NCBI RefSeq assembly: GCF_006345805.1
Contig: NC_043000.1
Span: 70,990,001-71,054,000, forward strand
Direction: 5' to 3'
Origin: Octopus sinensis
Taxonomy: Eukaryota
Length of the DNA: 64,000 bases
Shown here one piece after another: positions 60,626-64,000 of the stretch. Made by a program: the position numbers and the translations under genes. Under the pieces are notes generated by a model that saw only the letters and a list, made by a program, of their open reading frames with translations, ran no database searches and had not been told where the DNA came from. The number at the start of each line of letters is the position of its first letter. Position 1 is the first letter of the stretch.

Positions 60626-63299
60626 GTAGTCGGTTACGCTGTTGTTTACTCCCCCAGCATTGTTGTTTACTCCCCCTGGTCAAACCTGAACTTCTTCCTA
60701 TATTATAATTTCATTTTCCTCTCGGATGCTTTCCTTTCCCGAAAGATACTAGACCAAAGTGTACACCTGTCCACTATTCATTTTTAACCAAGAATTCTCT
60801 GTATCCGTGGGGCAAAGACACTTTTGGTTCCTCCACGCAAATTCACACTTCTGCTGTATCATTTTAACCCATTTTGAGGGTTGCGATGTTATACTTAAGC
60901 GTAAGCCAGGAGTTCACAATGTAAAGAAAAATGTGTTAGCTATAAGCTCCCAGTGATTCGTTGAGAATATTGTGTATTGCTTAAATATGTGATTAAGAAT
61001 GGATGCTTTTTCCCCAATATTGACTGTGCGTCTTGAAATAGACCAGTTCTGGTGCTATACATTCCATTATGATTCCAGTATTGCTGATGAACATCCTGCA
61101 AGATTTTGTTCGTAGTATTAAACTTTGTCTCTTTATTTCTAAGGAGATAAACCCTTCTACTTCCATTCTGTCATTGGTATGCTCATACTTAAGTGTGTGG
61201 TGTGCCCATCTGAATGTTTTCCTTTCAAATTGCTATGGTGTTCTTCTTTCTAAAAATGGCCAGCATACTCTACAAATTTTGAGAGCAAGTTTGAGTTTTA
61301 CTTGTTTTTAATGAGGAGTGTCATAACAATATTAAAAAATTTTGTAGCATTTAGTTTACTATTAAAGTATTATGGAAATAAAACTTAGGTGGTAAGCGAG
61401 ATGACGCCAAAACTTTTACGCTGATTAACTCTGTTTAGGTGTATACAACGAAGCTTTATGGGTAGATATGCTCTAGGAAACCAATTATGGGTACTGCACA
61501 TTTAGAGACATTGAATTTCATTTACCAAATATTGAATCAAACTTTTAACACTATAGAGAATGGGAATTGGTGTTTATTCATTAGCATCATCTGAAAAATG
61601 TCTTAATGAAGAGATGATAACTTTAGAGAAGTCACGTATAATAGAAGTGCCCTAGAATAGAACCTTAGGGTACAACTGATTTAAAACCTTTCACCAACAT
61701 ATGTAGCATTCTAGCATTTACTAACTAGGCTTCTATCTATGCTGTCATGTTGTTGATCTGATAGGAATTACATTTGTATATTAGCTTACTAAAATATACT
61801 GCCCAAAAAGTTTTTGCAATTACGAATATCCTTGTCCCACCTTTCTTTTAGACATTATACTGTTTTTAAAAGTTGAAGTTGCAGGCTATATCATGCTCTC
61901 AACCCATGCTGACAACCGTCAATCATTTTATTAAAATCCATACGGTTTCTGATGCTCCTTATAGCTATATGTTTAGCTGTTTTAGAGATGATTGATGTAA
62001 TCAGTTTTGGGTATCAAACTGAGTCTTTTTTTCCATAAGTATGAATGTAAATCAAAAGGAACATTTGTGGTGTCCAGTGAATGTTGTAATTTTGAAGTAA
62101 AATAATAAACTTTGAACTCAGTTTAGTAAATAGACTACTCCAAAATGGCACCTTATGATAAATCAAAACTTTGGGTAGCCCCATGAAAATGGATTTAGCT
62201 TATTAACTTAGTTTTTCAGGATTCTCTATGTAATGATACAACACTATTCTTCCTTTGGCTTATGTAACTATCCAACTTTATAATCACTGAGATAGGATGC
62301 AGGCTTCCAATTTCAACTTGGTTGTACAATGATAGCAGGTACTACTGTTTGGATACAGTGGTGGCATTCAAAATTGTTTCATGCAGCAGAGTAAATACTA
62401 CCACAGGTTAAGTTGCACGGGGAGGTATGTCATGTGGCAGAAATGAGAGTACAGAGCCATGCACATATGGGTGTTGTATATAAGAGGATTCACAATCTTT
62501 TGAAAATCTCTGGTCTACAGACCCAAGAAACTTTCTCTGTTGTTTAACACAAGAATGTAACTGATCAACATGTCTCTAGGTCATCCCCTCAGTTACGGGC
62601 ATGGAAAATGAAACTAGACCATTTACCAAGAATGCATTTTCCTTATCGGCCATATTTCCTAACTCTCACCAAAACCAATGGTTAAGTCTCTCACATATCT
62701 TAACCCCTTTTGAGCATTCATGATCTCCAGGATATGATGATTAGATTGAGTAAAGTCAGGTTTAACTAAGTCTGAAGCACTGTGCAATTTATGATTTATT
62801 AATAGTTCCATAAGAAGCTCATCAGTAGTAGAGTGGGGTGTAACTTAATAAGGAAATAGAAAAGGATTTACTTGAGTCTCAGTAGTTTCATGACTTTAAA
62901 TTGACAATGTTTTGAGAACTGCTTTGAAAGTTTTAGATGACAGATGATAGGGTGCAGTGATTATATATTGTTTGCTATTTAAAGACATAAACTTCTAAAA
63001 TCCATGACTTGTAAAAGCAGAACCACAGAGTGAGCTGCAAAAGAAAGATATAATTCTTCAATGGTTTCTAGAGAAGTTGAAATGCCTAGAGGGAAAGCTT
63101 TTACACCCATCAAAAGTATTTTCCCCAAAATGACACCACATTCTCTATATGTAAGCAGATTTATTGTCAAGAAGGCTAAACTCAGGGATGTAATGGATTA
63201 TTGATAACATATTGGCATTTATTTTAGTCTTTTTGTCCTTATCATTCTTTACAACTGGTAATATCAGAGAAGTTCATTTAGAAATTTACAGGCTAATAA

Positions 63300-64000
63300 A
63301 TATCTTGTGATAATCTGTCAAGCTCAATTCCTTGTGATGACAATGTGTCAGGGTAAACACTCAAGGAATATGAGTACAAGAGAACTGATACAAAGGACTG
63401 AATAGTGTGAGTGAGTAAATAAGTAAGAGAGTGTAAATGGAAAGTGGCCCATAGACTGAGGTAATGAGAAAAGAAGTGAATGCAGTGAATGGTGAGCAAA
63501 GGTGGGGGTGTGGTCAATTATGTATATCAGTGGGTCAGGGAAGAAATAGGTGGCAACGCAGATGATGTGAAGTATGTGGAGGTGATGTGAGAATAAGAGA
63601 AAATGAATGGAAGTCTTGGTGGGGTGCTATCAGCAAAATGAGAGATGTTCAAGAAAAAAGGGGAGGTGAAAATAAGGAAAATAAGTTGATAAGGGATAAT
63701 ACTGAAAATGCAAGAGACAAACAAAGTGGTTCTAGGGAGGTTGAGTGGTAACACAAAAAGGGGCAGTTCCACACTTATAAATATAGCAAGTGTATGAATA
63801 GTAATGAAGTCAGAAGAGTGATGGAGGGATGGGTGTTAGGAAGATGAGTTTTGGCATGGGGAAATATGTTAGGGACAGATTGGCCACTGGGGCATAGACA
63901 TAAATGATATGATTTTAAGAGCTCATTTTTACTTAGATGGACAGGTCTTCTCAAGCACAGATAATAATTATCCTGGTCCTTCACCATCTCCACTGTGGGC
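63300..64000 (-). mobile_element. RTE C-terminal remnant plus long pyrimidine-rich 3' UTR
   Basis: Minus translation EMVKDQDNYYLCLRRP resembles the RTE C-terminus (compare 3880-3950); it is followed by a CT-rich tail. Confidence 0.55.

Overview
AT-rich, repeat-dense eukaryotic genomic DNA; from memory, the SINE/LINE families look like those of Octopus (inference, not a database result). Parts of three intron-containing host genes are visible. RDM1 (minus strand) has coding exons at 9507-9608, 3260-3493 and 2582-2698, with a GC-AG intron. VCPKMT/METTL21D (plus) shows only exon 1 at 24842-25080. ABHD13 (minus) has coding exons at 59203-59527 and 50601-50832. VCPKMT and ABHD13 converge on a 100-N gap (33742-33841), and I could not find their remaining exons. 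The rest is a mosaic of transposable elements: CR1/L2-group, RTE and R4/Dong-type LINEs, two Penelope-like elements (PLEs), Tc1/mariner, hAT, piggyBac, a Merlin-type MITE, a head-to-tail Helitron cluster, a candidate solo LTR, tRNA-derived SINEs and microsatellites. The most interesting hidden signal is a set of minimal type I hammerhead-ribozyme motifs with palindromic stem III loops. One, at 14980-15038, has an intact canonical core. Three more, with ~90-nt loop II inserts, sit in tandem and inverted repeats around the PLE at 43780-45480. Hammerheads in PLEs are a known phenomenon, but this arrangement deserves testing. There is no CRISPR array or intact tRNA/rRNA gene. All coordinates were read by eye, and TE boundaries without terminal signatures are approximate.
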